A DNA stretch of 64,000 nt from an uncultured Alphaproteobacteria bacterium. Its GTDB lineage: Bacteria; Pseudomonadota; Alphaproteobacteria; RF32; CAG-239. The stretch is from NCBI GenBank assembly GCA_949297145.1, contig CASFQO010000002.1, positions 250,804-314,803 of the forward strand, given 5' to 3'. Made by a program: the position numbers and the translations under genes. How positions within the stretch are numbered: the first letter of the stretch is position 1; every line of letters begins with the position of its first letter. The notes beneath the pieces are model-generated. The model was not told where the DNA came from. It saw nothing but the letters and a program-made list of their open reading frames with translations, and did no database searches. This document shows, piece by piece, positions 48,347-59,729 of this stretch.

Positions 48347-49789
48347 TTACCTTTGTTTACGCTTAAACAAATTCATCACTTGTCCTTGTAAAGTATCGCC
48401 AAGGTAGAACTTACCCTTCCAATCATCTTCAAAATCTAATCCGCTCTTCATAAGTTGCTTTCTGTTTTTAAACATCAACCGCGCCTCATTTCCAAACTTT
48501 GCGCTATGAAGAAACAAAGTTTCGCAAGGGGTGAAATCAATTTTAGCATTGATATTTTTAGCCCCCCACATACTAACCTCTGCCCCTTTCCGAAAACGAA
48601 AAGTTTTGACGGTAGCCAAATCGCAGGAATCAAGCACCACCTTGCGACATTCGGAAAAATCCACTTGAGGAGACAAATTCTTCGTCCATTGAAAATTAAC
48701 CTCTGCCCCCGGCATAAAATGTAAATTCTGCTGATTGCCCAAGTCGCAATAAGACATCTCCACCACCCGATAACGAGAAACATCAAGATTGGGAGGCAAA
48801 TTTCTGGAACTAATAAAATGTACCTCTCCCTCATCTTTAAGCCGAACATCGGATACGCCGTCCAAATCAGAAAGCGAAAATTCAAGCCGTTGACATTTAG
48901 AATAATCCAAATTTTGCGGAATATTAAAAACTCTGCCGAAGCTAACCGCCGCGCCGTCTCTAAACAAAAAGTTTTCGGTCTGTTCCAGATTGCACTCTTC
49001 AATTCTCACTTCTCCGAAAGCAGAAAAATCCCACACACCGGATAAATTTTCCCCTTTGGTGTGCATAGCCATCGTCTCGGGATTATACTTCCAACTTTTT
49101 AAGCAAGAATCAGGTTTCGTAAGCTCAACATCATTAACCAGAATTTGGTCACACATAGAAACATCAAGATGAAAAGGCAGATGACGCACATCTTTGAGTT
49201 TAACTTTAGCTTTTTTGCGAAAAACCACCCTTTTGACACCTGCAAAATCACTACCGCTAAAATCCACCTCATCCGCGAGCGGAAATTCCATCACTTGCGG
49301 TAACTTTTCTTTATTTTGTAAATAGATTTTGGAAATATCCAAACAAATCAGCTTGTCATACAAACTCAAGTCTAAATCTCTAATTTCTTCCCCGCGAAAG
49401 CCGCGAGAAAGTTTGGGAGAAGACAGTAAAAACTCCCCCTCTCCAGGTTGAATTATTGTTTTAAATTCTGCACTATAACCACCCAACCGCGCAAAGTTTT
49501 CACCCATTTCCATAATACTGTCAGGCTGCTCACGTTGCGAAAAAGTAGAGAGAATAACCTCTTTGAATTGCGCTTGTTCGGTAACGGGCAATTCCGCAAT
49601 ACAGAGAAGCATATCTTTAATATTACGCGCATAATTGGTGGATTGCAAAACCTCAAAACACACCTCGGGCGTAATCTTTTCTTTAGGAAGACGCTGCTTT
49701 TTGTCATCACTCAAGCGCCCCTTTTTATAGGGGATTAAGATGTTTTCAACGGCAATCGCCGATTTAAAATTTTGAATATCAACAAACAT
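48347..49789 (-). CDS. 41-residue-repeat (LRR/beta-solenoid-like) protein, 480 aa
   Basis: A conserved ~110-aa N-terminal domain is shared with 51953-53900. It is followed by about 7 repeats of the pattern NLPxxLDVSxCxxVxLxxCDLxxVxxLRFxxGAxVxF. Confidence 0.75.
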   Translation of the reverse strand: MFVDIQNFKSAIAVENILIPYKKGRLSDDKKQRLPKEKITPEVCFEVLQSTNYARNIKDMLLCIAELPVTEQAQFKEVILSTFSQREQPDSIMEMGENFARLGGYSAEFKTIIQPGEGEFLLSSPKLSRGFRGEEIRDLDLSLYDKLICLDISKIYLQNKEKLPQVMEFPLADEVDFSGSDFAGVKRVVFRKKAKVKLKDVRHLPFHLDVSMCDQILVNDVELTKPDSCLKSWKYNPETMAMHTKGENLSGVWDFSAFGEVRIEECNLEQTENFLFRDGAAVSFGRVFNIPQNLDYSKCQRLEFSLSDLDGVSDVRLKDEGEVHFISSRNLPPNLDVSRYRVVEMSYCDLGNQQNLHFMPGAEVNFQWTKNLSPQVDFSECRKVVLDSCDLATVKTFRFRKGAEVSMWGAKNINAKIDFTPCETLFLHSAKFGNEARLMFKNRKQLMKSGLDFEDDWKGKFYLGDTLQGQVMNLFKRKQR

Positions 49790-49924
49790 TTACGCGCTTT
49801 CATGCAACCGATTTAGGAAGAAAGTAGCACAATTCCCCCTTTAAAGCAACAAAAAAAATCTCCATAAAAAAACAGCGATACGCCCATAAACATACCGCCG
49901 TCACCGAGAAAGTTCCTAAAAAAA

Positions 49925-51023
49925 TTAGCTGGCTTTTTGGGAAAGATACGCCGATAAAAACATATCAATATCACCATCCAAAACCCCTCTGTCATCGGAA
50001 GTTTCCGCTCCCGTGCGCAAATCTTTAATCATCTTATAGGGTTGTAAAACGTATGAACGAATTTGATATCCCCAACCGTTATCGCCTTGATCTTCCCACT
50101 TTTGTTCAGCCGCCGCTTCTTTTTTGCGCAACTCAATTTCATAAAGTTTAGCTTTTAACATATTCATCGCCTGATCGCGGTTTGCAAATTGCGAACGCTC
50201 TGTTTGGCAAGAAACAACCACCCCGCTCGGAATGTGGGTAATCCGCACGGCAGATTCGGTTTTATTAATGTGTTGCCCACCCGCACCGGAAGAACGATAT
50301 GTATCCATCTTCAAGTCCGCCGGATTGATTTCAATGTGAATAGAATCATCCACCACCGGATAAACACTGATAGAAGCAAAGCTGGTATGGCGTCTGGCAT
50401 TGCTGTCAAAAGGAGAAATACGCACCAAACGATGCACGCCGCTCTCCCCTTTAAGCCAACCGTATGCATTATGACCGGAAATTTTAACCGTAGCGGATTT
50501 AAGGCCTGCAACCTCGCCTTCGGTTTCTTCCACGTATGTCAATTTATAATGATGTTTTTCCGCCCACCGAGAGTACATTCTAAGCAACATCTCCGCCCAA
50601 TCTTGCGCTTCCGTCCCGCCGGAACCCGCATGCACTTCAAGATAAGCGTCTTTAGCGTCCATTTCACCGGAAAGCAAAGCCTCCAGCTCGTGCCTTTTAG
50701 CCTCACTCTTCAAATTTTCAAGATGCTGATACAAATCCGCCAACATTGCCTCATCATTATCAGCCTCAGCCATTTCCACCATTTCTTCGGAGTTTTGCAA
50801 ATCCGCCATTAAATCTTCAAAAAAAGCAATTTTCTCATCCAAAACATTTTTTTCGCCGGTCAATTTCATGGCCTGCTCTTGATTATCCCAAAGTTTCGGA
50901 TCAGCGGTTAAAGCATTAAGTTCTTCTTGGCGTTGTTTAGCATTATCGTAGTCAAAGAGACCTCCGCAAAAGCTCGGCACTGGCTTTGATTTCGTTCAAT
51001 AAATTATAAAATTCGGCACGCAT
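49925..51023 (-). CDS. prfB: peptide chain release factor 2, with programmed +1 frameshift
   Basis: Frame 0 (51023-50955) encodes MRAEFYNLLNEIKASAELLRRSL and ends in CTT TGA C, preceded by the SD-like GGAGG. The +1 frame continues DYDNAKQRQEEL. SPF and GGQ (SGAGGQHINK) motifs are present. Total 365 aa. Confidence 0.95.
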
Positions 51024-51138
51024 AACAAATCTCCTTCAAAAACAACATAGAGCATAGATAAGCAAAAAACTTCCGTTTGTAAAGTTTTTTTTAAACCTCC
51101 CCGCTTATAATAAGATGAATTAAAAAGAGAGAACCGCC

Positions 51139-51897
51139 ATGAGCTTTAGAAGAATCATCAATCACAGCCCGAATTATCGTAACCGCACCCAACCCATCCG
51201 TTACATCATCATCCACTGTTCCAAATTCTCCCCCGAAAAGCAGATAGAGATTTTAAACGAATATAAACTAAGCACGCATTACATAATTTCTCAAACCGGA
51301 AAAGTGACGGAAAATTGCCCCCCTGAGCGTGTTGCTTATCATAGCGGAGAAAGCCATTGGCTGCAAAGTCCGGAAAAATCCTTAAATGAAACGAGCATCG
51401 GTATAGAGTTGGAAGCTCCCCATTTAGGACAAACAACAGAAGATTATCCGCGAAGTTTACGCAGTGCACTGACGCGCGTGCTAAAAGAATTAAGCAAACT
51501 TTATAACATCCGCCCCGAAAACGTTTTAGGCCATTCAGATATTGCCCCCACGCGCAAGATTGACCCCGGATGCGGTTTTCCGTGGTATAAGTTATACCGT
51601 AACGGCTACGGCGTTTGGCCGGATTTCAAACAAACATCGCCCGAAGGTAGCGAAGAAGAACTATTGCAAACCATCGGTTATGACACGAGCGATTTGATTG
51701 CGGCAAGATATGCTTTTTGCCGTCATTTTCTCCCCGAAGAAGTTCTCATCAACAACGATTTACAAGAGCTGTTGGATAATCCCTACCCCAAAGATTTCGC
51801 CGTTCAAAATCAAGAAAAATATCAGCTTTATTTAAGAGCAACCGCAAAGGCTTATGAAACGGCAAGACAAAAACGATATTGGTATATGGAAGAATAA
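51139..51897 (+). CDS. N-acetylmuramoyl-L-alanine amidase, AmpD/amidase_2 family, with C-terminal extension
   Basis: Motifs IIIHCS, AYHSGES.W, NETSIGIELE and LGHSDIAPTRKIDPGCGFPW. Confidence 0.8.
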   Translation: MSFRRIINHSPNYRNRTQPIRYIIIHCSKFSPEKQIEILNEYKLSTHYIISQTGKVTENCPPERVAYHSGESHWLQSPEKSLNETSIGIELEAPHLGQTTEDYPRSLRSALTRVLKELSKLYNIRPENVLGHSDIAPTRKIDPGCGFPWYKLYRNGYGVWPDFKQTSPEGSEEELLQTIGYDTSDLIAARYAFCRHFLPEEVLINNDLQELLDNPYPKDFAVQNQEKYQLYLRATAKAYETARQKRYWYMEE

Positions 51898-51952
51898 TCC
51901 CAAACATAGCAAAAGCAAGACCTAACCCCAAGCCTGATTAAAAGTCAAAGAA

Positions 51953-53728
51953 TTATCGTCCGCCTTTTGTTTTCGCCATATAAGCCATATTCGTTAAATC
52001 AGCCTGAGGTAAATCGTCGGTATATACAATTTTATCTTCATCAACTTTCAAATAAAACAAACAAGCATTTCTTCTTTGTTCCTCATTTTTGAAAATAACC
52101 TTTTCCACACCCTTAAAAATGGTAAAACTTCCAAATTGAACATCAGAACAATTCGATAAATCAAGCACTGCCGGCAAACCTCTGGCATCTTTGAAATTAA
52201 CTTTAGCTCCCTCTTTGAAGCGTAGATTTTTAATATGTTTCAAATCACATCCTTCAAAATTAACGCTAGCGCACTGCGACACATCTAAATCTGCGGGCAA
52301 ATTTTTCGCATACTTCAAAACAACTGTAGAATTTTCTCTAAAACGTAAACCATGAAGTTCTCTTAAATCACATCCACCCAAATCCACTTTCGCACACTGA
52401 GACAAATCTAGACCAGCCGGAAGTTCCTTAGCCATATTCAGATTAACTTCAGCACCGTCTTTAAAACGTAAATGTCCAAATTGTTTCAAGTTAAGTCCTT
52501 GTAATGAAACCTTGTCACACATGGAAACATCCAAATCTTGCGGCAAGTTTCTGGCATTAGCCAAATCAACATCAGCGCCATCTCTAAAGCGTAAACCGGA
52601 TACATTAGCTAAATCACAATGCCCAAGTGCCACCACAGAACACATGGAAACGTCCAAATTTTCCGGCAGATTATACGCACAGTTTAAAGTAACGTTGGCT
52701 CCTTCTTTAAAACGAACATTTTTCACATGCTCAAAATTACACCCGCTTAAATTGCCTTCATCCAACATCGATAAATCAATTTCTTGAGGAAGAGTTGCCG
52801 CACCTAATTCAACATTCGCTCCTTCTCTAAAACGTAAATGACGCACCTTATCCAAAGAGCATCCACTCAAATTCACCATAGAACACATAGAAACATCCAG
52901 ATTTTCCGGAAGATTGGTTCCGTTATGAAAATCAACCACAGCCCCCTCTTGAAGATGCAGAGTATCTACGCCCGTCCAATCGCTTTGAATAATAGAAACG
53001 GACGGACAATTAGATAAATCTAGCTGAGGAGGTAACCCCCGAACATGGCTAAAATCAATTTTAGCAACATCATTAAGGATTAACTTCTGCACCCCATTAA
53101 AAGAAATTTCATTACAATCAACTTTAGCACATTCAGAACAGTTTATCACCAACGGCAGTTTATTCGTGTCAGAAAAACGCACCTGAGCGCCTTTTTTAAA
53201 AGACAAATCTAATACACCGCTAAAATCTGAATGTTCCGCTTCAAACGAAGCGCATTTAGAAACATCCAGATTTGCCGGCAGATTAGTCATTCTACTAAAA
53301 CGAATACTGACATCATCACCAAATAATACCTCCTGAACACCACTTAAATGCCCATCTTTAAAAGCAATACTTTTAGCATAAGGGACTTCAATAGTTTTAG
53401 GATTAGCTTGAACTTTTTCCCAGACAAACATATTTTGATGCAAACACACAACCTTTTCAAGCTGTCCATACTGAGCTAAATATTCAGCATTTAAATTCCA
53501 CTCAGGCGTTCTCAATTCTTTTTTAAGACTGGAATCCGAATAAAGATATAGGCCCTCGTGAATTTTGCAAATTTCCCCAAGCTCTGCCTCATAATCACCG
53601 GCAACAGCCATTTTTTTCCCTAAAACAATAATATTGCTGGGTTGCTCCCGATTATCAAAACACGCCAACACAACATCTTTAAACAGTACTTGTTCTTCAA
53701 CCGGTAATTCTTTAATACAATTAAGCAT
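51953..53728 (-). CDS. 41-residue-repeat protein, 591-aa ORF (the homologous N-terminal 57 codons lie upstream in another frame)
   Basis: About ten 41-aa repeats. 53729-53900 encodes MFVDIKEFKSALMVENMLTPYKK..., homologous to the N-terminus of 48347-49789. That part is out of frame because of an A7 tract (53831-53837). Confidence 0.75.
   Translation of the reverse strand: MLNCIKELPVEEQVLFKDVVLACFDNREQPSNIIVLGKKMAVAGDYEAELGEICKIHEGLYLYSDSSLKKELRTPEWNLNAEYLAQYGQLEKVVCLHQNMFVWEKVQANPKTIEVPYAKSIAFKDGHLSGVQEVLFGDDVSIRFSRMTNLPANLDVSKCASFEAEHSDFSGVLDLSFKKGAQVRFSDTNKLPLVINCSECAKVDCNEISFNGVQKLILNDVAKIDFSHVRGLPPQLDLSNCPSVSIIQSDWTGVDTLHLQEGAVVDFHNGTNLPENLDVSMCSMVNLSGCSLDKVRHLRFREGANVELGAATLPQEIDLSMLDEGNLSGCNFEHVKNVRFKEGANVTLNCAYNLPENLDVSMCSVVALGHCDLANVSGLRFRDGADVDLANARNLPQDLDVSMCDKVSLQGLNLKQFGHLRFKDGAEVNLNMAKELPAGLDLSQCAKVDLGGCDLRELHGLRFRENSTVVLKYAKNLPADLDVSQCASVNFEGCDLKHIKNLRFKEGAKVNFKDARGLPAVLDLSNCSDVQFGSFTIFKGVEKVIFKNEEQRRNACLFYLKVDEDKIVYTDDLPQADLTNMAYMAKTKGGR
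52048..53311 (-). repeat. about ten tandem 123-bp (41-codon) coding repeats
   Basis: The LP..LD(V/L)S.C motif recurs every ~41 residues in the translated ORF. The boundaries are approximate. Confidence 0.6.
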
Positions 53729-54174
53729 ATCAAGGATATTTCGTTTATAGTTGGTAGACTTTAAGACTTCCCAACAAACATCAGGTGTAATTTTTTGCTT
53801 TGGCTGACAAACGCCTTTAATAACCAGCCCTTTTTTTATAAGGTGTGAGCATATTTTCCACCATCAAAGCCGATTTAAATTCTTTAATATCCACAAACAT
53901 ATGCATTCTCCCCCTAAACTAACATACTAAAAGAATACCATAATTTCATCAATTCAGCAAGAAGAAAAAAGCGTAAATTATTTCCCCAAAGTTAACCCTG
54001 CAAATAATCTCCAAAGCTCATCAAGAAAACAATCCCTCAAGTTTACCAATACAAACTTGCCCCGAAGGGCAATCACACACGCCACAGAACGGAACAATCG
54101 GCATTTTTAGAATAAAGCCAACCCCCAATCCCCCTTTGCCGAGTCAAAAAAAGAATTAGCACAAAGGTTCTCAC

Positions 54175-56991
54175 TTAGATTTTTCCTTTAAGATATTTAT
54201 AGGTATATCCTTTGGCTTTTTTAACAATTTCTTCAGGAGTACCCTCGGCAACAATTCGCCCGCCGCCATCACCGCCTTCCGGCCCCATATCAATAATGTA
54301 GTCCGCAACTTTAATCACATCAAGGTTGTGCTCAATCACGACCACGGTGTTCCCTTGGTCAACCAGAGCCTGCAACACTTTCAAAAGTTTATTGATGTCT
54401 TCAAAATGCAAACCTGTCGTCGGCTCATCCAAAATATAAATCGTCTTGCCGGTCGCCCGTTTAGAGAGCTCTTTGGAGAGCTTAATACGTTGCGCCTCAC
54501 CGCCGGAAAGCGTGGTGGCCGATTGTCCCAAACGAATATAGCCTAAACCAACTTTTTGTAATAACTCAAGCCTTGAAGCGATAGACGGAATATTGCTAAA
54601 GAATTCATGCGCATCATCAACCGTCATATCCAACACATCGGCAATAGATTTACCTTTATAGGTTACTTCCAGCGTTTCGCGGTTAAAGCGTTTGCCATGA
54701 CATTGTTCACATTCCACATACACATCGGGCAAGAAGTTCATTTCAATCTTAGTAACGCCGTCCCCTTTGCACGCTTCACAACGTCCGCCGGCCACGTTAA
54801 ACGAAAACCGCCCCGCCTGATAACCGCGCGCTTTAGAAAGCGGAAGTTCGGCAAACCAATCACGAATATAAGTAAACAAGCCCGTGTAAGTCGCCGGATT
54901 AGACCGCGGCGTCCGTCCGATTGGCGATTGGTCAATATCAATCACTTTATCAATATTTTCAAGCCCGATAAGTTTGTCATAAACCCCCGTCGGTTCACGC
55001 GAAGCATTAAGCTCTTTATTAAGGGCTTTATAGAGCGTTTCCAAAATAAGCGAAGATTTACCGCCGCCTGAAACACCGGTAACAAGCGTCAATGTTCCCA
55101 ACGGAATTTTGAGCTTAACGTTTTTAAGGTTATGCGTTTTTGCACCGGTTAATTCCAAAAATTTACCATTACCTTTCCGCCGTCTGCGAGGCACGGAAAT
55201 TTCCTTTTGCCCGTTTAAATATTGCGCGGTGAGGCTATTTTTATTGGCAAGCACTTCATCAACCGTACCGGCCGCAACGACATTTCCGCCAAGCTCGCCT
55301 GCCCCCGGCCCCATATCAATCAGATAGTCGGCCGAACGAATAGCATCTTCGTCATGTTCCACCACAATCACGGTATTGCCGATATCACGCAACCGATTGA
55401 GCGTCTCAAGCAGTTTGTCATTATCACGTTGGTGTAAACCGATGGACGGTTCATCCAAAACATAGAGCACGCCGGTTAAGCCCGAACCGATTTGTGAGGC
55501 CAAACGAATACGTTGTGATTCACCGCCCGATAACCCACCGGATTGTCTTGAGAGTGTCAGATAATCCAGACCGACATTATTTAAAAATTGCAAGCGGTCA
55601 ATAATTTCCTTCAAGATTTTATGCGCAATTTGCTGTTTTTGCGGCGAAAGCTGTTCCTCCACCTGAGAAAACCATTTCAGCGCCTCTTTAATGGATAAAT
55701 CCGAAACCTCCATAATATCTTTTCCGCAAACCTTAACGGCAAGCGCTTCCGGCTTCAATCTTTTGCCGTTGCAATAGGTGCAAGGCGCTGCGGATTGATA
55801 ATGCGAAAGTTCTTCACGAGAAGCCGCTGAATCCGTTTCCAAGAAACGCCGTTCCATATTTGGAATAACCCCTTCAAACGGCTTATCGGAAACAAACGTG
55901 GAATAATAAAGCGGCACGCAAACATTTCCCGAACCGTAAAGAATAATATGACGGGCTTCTTCAGGCAAATCTTTCCACGGTGTATCTTGCGAGATATGCA
56001 AGAAGTCGCAAAGCGAAACCAATGTTTGTTTATAAAAAGCGGACTTAAAGCCATACCACGGCGCAATCGCCCCTTGCGCGATAGAGCGATTAACATTCGG
56101 AATAACGAGTTTTTCATCCATATAAAGCCGCGCGCCCAAACCATCACAATGCGGGCAAGCCCCTTGCGGATTGTTAAAAGAAAAGAGCCGCGGTTCAATT
56201 TCTTCAATCGTAAAGCCCGAAACCGGACAAGCATATTTTGCCGAACATGTAAACCGATTATTTTCCGAAAGATTATCGACATAAAGAATACCGTCGCCGA
56301 TTTTGAGCGCCGTTTCCACAGATTGCGCCACCCGCTCGCTCATATCTTCATCTTTAATCACCAAACGGTCAACGACCACTTCAATATCGTGCTTAATATT
56401 TTTTTCAAGTGCCGGCACTTCTTCCAAATCATAGACTTCGCCGTCAATTTTAACACGTTGAAATCCCTGCTTCAAAAGACCTTCCAACTCTTTTTTAAAT
56501 TCGCCTTTGCGTTGACGCACCATCGGTGCCACCAACATCACTTTCGTTCCAACCGGCAGCGCCAAAATTTTATCCACCATCTGCGAAACGGTTTGCGCCT
56601 CAATCGGAAGCCCCGTCGCCGGAGAATAAGGTGTACCGGCACGCGCCCACAACAGACGCATATAGTCATAAATTTCGGTGATGGTGCCCACGGTAGAACG
56701 TGGATTATGAGAAGTGGTTTTTTGCTCAATAGAAATTGCCGGTGCCAACCCTTCAATAGAGTCTACCTCTGGCTTTTTCATCAAATCCAAAAACTGTCTG
56801 GCATATGCCGAAAGGCTCTCCACATAGCGGCGCTGTCCTTCGGCATAAATCGTATCAAATGCGAGCGAAGATTTTCCCGAGCCGGAAAGTCCCGTAATCA
56901 CGGTCAACTGATTTTTAGGGATAGAAATATTGACATTTTTAAGATTATGTTCCCTCGCCCCTTTAATTTCAATAAACTTACTCTCCGCCAT
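54175..56991 (-). CDS. uvrA: excinuclease ABC subunit A
   Basis: Two ABC modules (GLSGSGKSS and GVSGGGKSS Walker A; LSGGESQR and LSGGEAQR signatures) plus CxxC zinc-finger motifs. Length 938 aa. Confidence 0.98.
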   Translation of the reverse strand: MAESKFIEIKGAREHNLKNVNISIPKNQLTVITGLSGSGKSSLAFDTIYAEGQRRYVESLSAYARQFLDLMKKPEVDSIEGLAPAISIEQKTTSHNPRSTVGTITEIYDYMRLLWARAGTPYSPATGLPIEAQTVSQMVDKILALPVGTKVMLVAPMVRQRKGEFKKELEGLLKQGFQRVKIDGEVYDLEEVPALEKNIKHDIEVVVDRLVIKDEDMSERVAQSVETALKIGDGILYVDNLSENNRFTCSAKYACPVSGFTIEEIEPRLFSFNNPQGACPHCDGLGARLYMDEKLVIPNVNRSIAQGAIAPWYGFKSAFYKQTLVSLCDFLHISQDTPWKDLPEEARHIILYGSGNVCVPLYYSTFVSDKPFEGVIPNMERRFLETDSAASREELSHYQSAAPCTYCNGKRLKPEALAVKVCGKDIMEVSDLSIKEALKWFSQVEEQLSPQKQQIAHKILKEIIDRLQFLNNVGLDYLTLSRQSGGLSGGESQRIRLASQIGSGLTGVLYVLDEPSIGLHQRDNDKLLETLNRLRDIGNTVIVVEHDEDAIRSADYLIDMGPGAGELGGNVVAAGTVDEVLANKNSLTAQYLNGQKEISVPRRRRKGNGKFLELTGAKTHNLKNVKLKIPLGTLTLVTGVSGGGKSSLILETLYKALNKELNASREPTGVYDKLIGLENIDKVIDIDQSPIGRTPRSNPATYTGLFTYIRDWFAELPLSKARGYQAGRFSFNVAGGRCEACKGDGVTKIEMNFLPDVYVECEQCHGKRFNRETLEVTYKGKSIADVLDMTVDDAHEFFSNIPSIASRLELLQKVGLGYIRLGQSATTLSGGEAQRIKLSKELSKRATGKTIYILDEPTTGLHFEDINKLLKVLQALVDQGNTVVVIEHNLDVIKVADYIIDMGPEGGDGGGRIVAEGTPEEIVKKAKGYTYKYLKGKI

Positions 56992-57167
56992 AATCTGTGC
57001 CTCCGCAACAACAAAAAAAAGCTGAAATTTTTATACCGAAGAGATTAGATAGACTACTTTTGTTCTTTTTGCAAGTATTTTTTACCGCCCCATAATATGA
57101 AATATTTTTACGAAAAATTAACAGAGATAAATTATGTTAGAATAGAATTATAGCAACGGAGGATACG

Positions 57168-57992
57168 ATGGCTAAAACACCCCAAACCACAAAAACGGCA
57201 AAAACAAATAAATCAACTGCTAAAAATAAACAACCTCAGATAAAAACGGCTCCCAAAGAGCTAAAATCAAAAAAAGCCGCTCCACAAACAACAGACATAG
57301 CATTAACGCCTGAAGCGCCAAAAACAACACCGCAAAAAAGCGTTTTATCGCCCGATAATCTGTTTAAGATATGGTTTGAAGGTTGGAAAAAGACCTTTGT
57401 TTTAAGAGGCCGCTCTTCGCGTTTCGAACTCTGGACCTTTATGTTGTTCAACAGTCTTTTGATGATAGCCATCCAGCTCAAATGCAGTTATATCTTATCC
57501 CCGCGCTTTTTGCGAAACGCGAATAATATGGGCTTTACGATAGATAAAATCGAAAACTACATTATCGTTGCCGAAATTCTGTTTTATATTGTGATGATTG
57601 TTCCGCTCTTCCCGTTAGGTTCCATGCTCATCCGCCGTATGCATGATTTAAACAGACTAGCCTGGCACAATTATTTGGAACCGGTATTTATGGGCGTTGT
57701 CGTCTTAAGTATGATAAACATAGCCATTTCATCACTGGCAAACACCGATCTTGCCTATATAGCAATGTTTTTAAGCATCTGCTTCATTGTTATCTTGTAT
57801 GGCGTCGGTTTTTACGGCTTAAAATTTTTAATAATGACCATGTTTTACCGTGGTGATAAAATAAAGAACAACTACGGCGAACCGAAATATACCGACGAAG
57901 AACATGAAGAAAAAGCCTTAAATTTAAGCTGTGTTTATTTCTTATTCATCGGCACCATCGGCCTATTATATCTGGTCTTAGCCTTGTTATAA
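57168..57992 (+). CDS. DUF805-family inner-membrane protein with K/T/P-rich N-terminal extension
   Basis: The DUF805-like core RGRSSRFELWTFMLFN is followed by 4 hydrophobic helices. Confidence 0.7.
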   Translation: MAKTPQTTKTAKTNKSTAKNKQPQIKTAPKELKSKKAAPQTTDIALTPEAPKTTPQKSVLSPDNLFKIWFEGWKKTFVLRGRSSRFELWTFMLFNSLLMIAIQLKCSYILSPRFLRNANNMGFTIDKIENYIIVAEILFYIVMIVPLFPLGSMLIRRMHDLNRLAWHNYLEPVFMGVVVLSMINIAISSLANTDLAYIAMFLSICFIVILYGVGFYGLKFLIMTMFYRGDKIKNNYGEPKYTDEEHEEKALNLSCVYFLFIGTIGLLYLVLALL

Positions 57993-58118
57993 AAAAGCCG
58001 GACAATAGCCCAAGAATTATGCTCACCGGATAAAAAGCGCTTGATTTTATAAAGCGCTTAGGTTAAAGACTAAATCAAATAAGACTAAAGCAAATAAAGT
58101 TAATCAAAAAGGAGATTT

Positions 58119-59543
58119 ATGGACATGAAAGCAAGAACACGTTTTGCGCCCAGTCCGACAGGATATATGCATATCGGCAACCTAAGAACCGCGTTATATG
58201 AATACCTTATCGCCAAATCATCAGGCGGTAGTTTCATTTTGCGCATTGAAGACACCGACCAAAAACGCTATGTCGAAGGCGCAACGGAAATCATTTACAA
58301 CACCTTAAAAACCGTTGGAATGAATTGGGACGAAGGTCCGGATATCGGCGGAGAATATGGGCCATATATCCAGTCCGAAAGATTACCCTTATATCAAGAA
58401 TATGCCCATAAATTGGTAGAATTGGGCGGTGCGCATTATTGCTTCTGCAGCAAAGATGAAGCCGATGAACAAAAAGATGAAGAAATGAACATCAAGTTCA
58501 AAGACCCCTGCAAAAATATCCCCTTGGCAGAAGCCAAAGCAAGAATTGCCAACGGTGAGCCGTATGTTGTCCGCCAAAACATCAATAAAAAAGGCAAAGC
58601 AACCTTCCACGACGTTGTATACGGCGATATCGAGATTGACTATGACGAGCTGGATGAAGGCGTATTGTTAAAATCAGACGGTTTCCCGACCTATAACTTT
58701 GCCAACGTCATAGACGACCACTTGATGAACATCACCCATGTCGTCAGAGGTAACGAATATATTTCCTCCACCCCGAAATATAATTTGATATATGAAGCTT
58801 TCGGGTGGACACCGCCGATATATGTACACGTTGCCCAAGTGATGAAAGATGCGCAACATAAACTCTCAAAAAGAAACGGCGATGCCTCGTTCCAAGATTT
58901 GGTAGATAAAGGCTTTTTGCCGATGGCGATTTTGAATTATATCGCCCTGCTCGGCTGGAACCCCGGAACGGAGCAAGAAATTTTCTCATTGGAAGAGTTG
59001 GAAAAAATCTTTGATGCAAATCGTATCAACAAATCTCCGGCCATTTTTGACATAACGAAATTGCGCTGGATGAACGGATGCTACATCAGAGCTTTGCCGT
59101 TTGAGGAATTTCATAAGTTGGCCGAAAAGGAATATGCAAAATTCATCACGCGCAAGATTAACGCTGAGGAATTATCCAAAGTTTTACAACCACGTGTTGA
59201 AACCTTAAAGGATATAGAAGAAGTAGCCGGCTTTATTGAAACCTTGCCGACCTTTAGCGAAGAACTTTACATCAACAAAAAGATGAAAACGGATGTGGAG
59301 ATTGCTAAAAAATCATTAGCATTAGCAGAACCCGCTTTAGAAAAGTTGGAAAACTGGAGTAATGAATCTCTGTTTGAATGCTTAAAAGCAGTTGCCACCG
59401 AAAACGGATTGAAAAACGGTCAAGTTTTGTATCCGGTACGTATCGCCCTAACCGGCTTGGAAACAACGCCGGGCGGTGCTAGCGAGATTGCCGCGGTATT
59501 AGGCAAAGAAGAAACTTTGCGCCGTATCAAACAAGCCTTATAA
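58119..59543 (+). CDS. gltX: glutamate--tRNA ligase
   Basis: Class I signatures PSPTGYMHIGNLRTAL (HIGH-type) and KLSKRNG (KMSKS-type). Length 474 aa. Confidence 0.96.
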   Translation: MDMKARTRFAPSPTGYMHIGNLRTALYEYLIAKSSGGSFILRIEDTDQKRYVEGATEIIYNTLKTVGMNWDEGPDIGGEYGPYIQSERLPLYQEYAHKLVELGGAHYCFCSKDEADEQKDEEMNIKFKDPCKNIPLAEAKARIANGEPYVVRQNINKKGKATFHDVVYGDIEIDYDELDEGVLLKSDGFPTYNFANVIDDHLMNITHVVRGNEYISSTPKYNLIYEAFGWTPPIYVHVAQVMKDAQHKLSKRNGDASFQDLVDKGFLPMAILNYIALLGWNPGTEQEIFSLEELEKIFDANRINKSPAIFDITKLRWMNGCYIRALPFEEFHKLAEKEYAKFITRKINAEELSKVLQPRVETLKDIEEVAGFIETLPTFSEELYINKKMKTDVEIAKKSLALAEPALEKLENWSNESLFECLKAVATENGLKNGQVLYPVRIALTGLETTPGGASEIAAVLGKEETLRRIKQAL

Positions 59544-59562
59544 GCAAATAGGCAAAAAAGAC

Positions 59563-59596
59563 AAACGCGGGAATGTGAAAATTCTCGCGTTTTTTG
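59563..59596 (+). terminator. rho-independent terminator of gltX
   Basis: AAACGCGGGAAT / ATTCTCGCGTTT 12-bp stem, GUGAAA loop, then a T-run. Confidence 0.8.
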
Positions 59597-59729
59597 TATG
59601 CAACAAATCGTAATAAATTTTGACCGCAAAAAGGCTAAAAAAGCGCTAAGAAAAATAAAATCTGCTTTACATCATAAAGGAAATTTGTTAGCATTCGAAC
59701 CAGTAATAATTTTGATATGGAGAAAAAAT

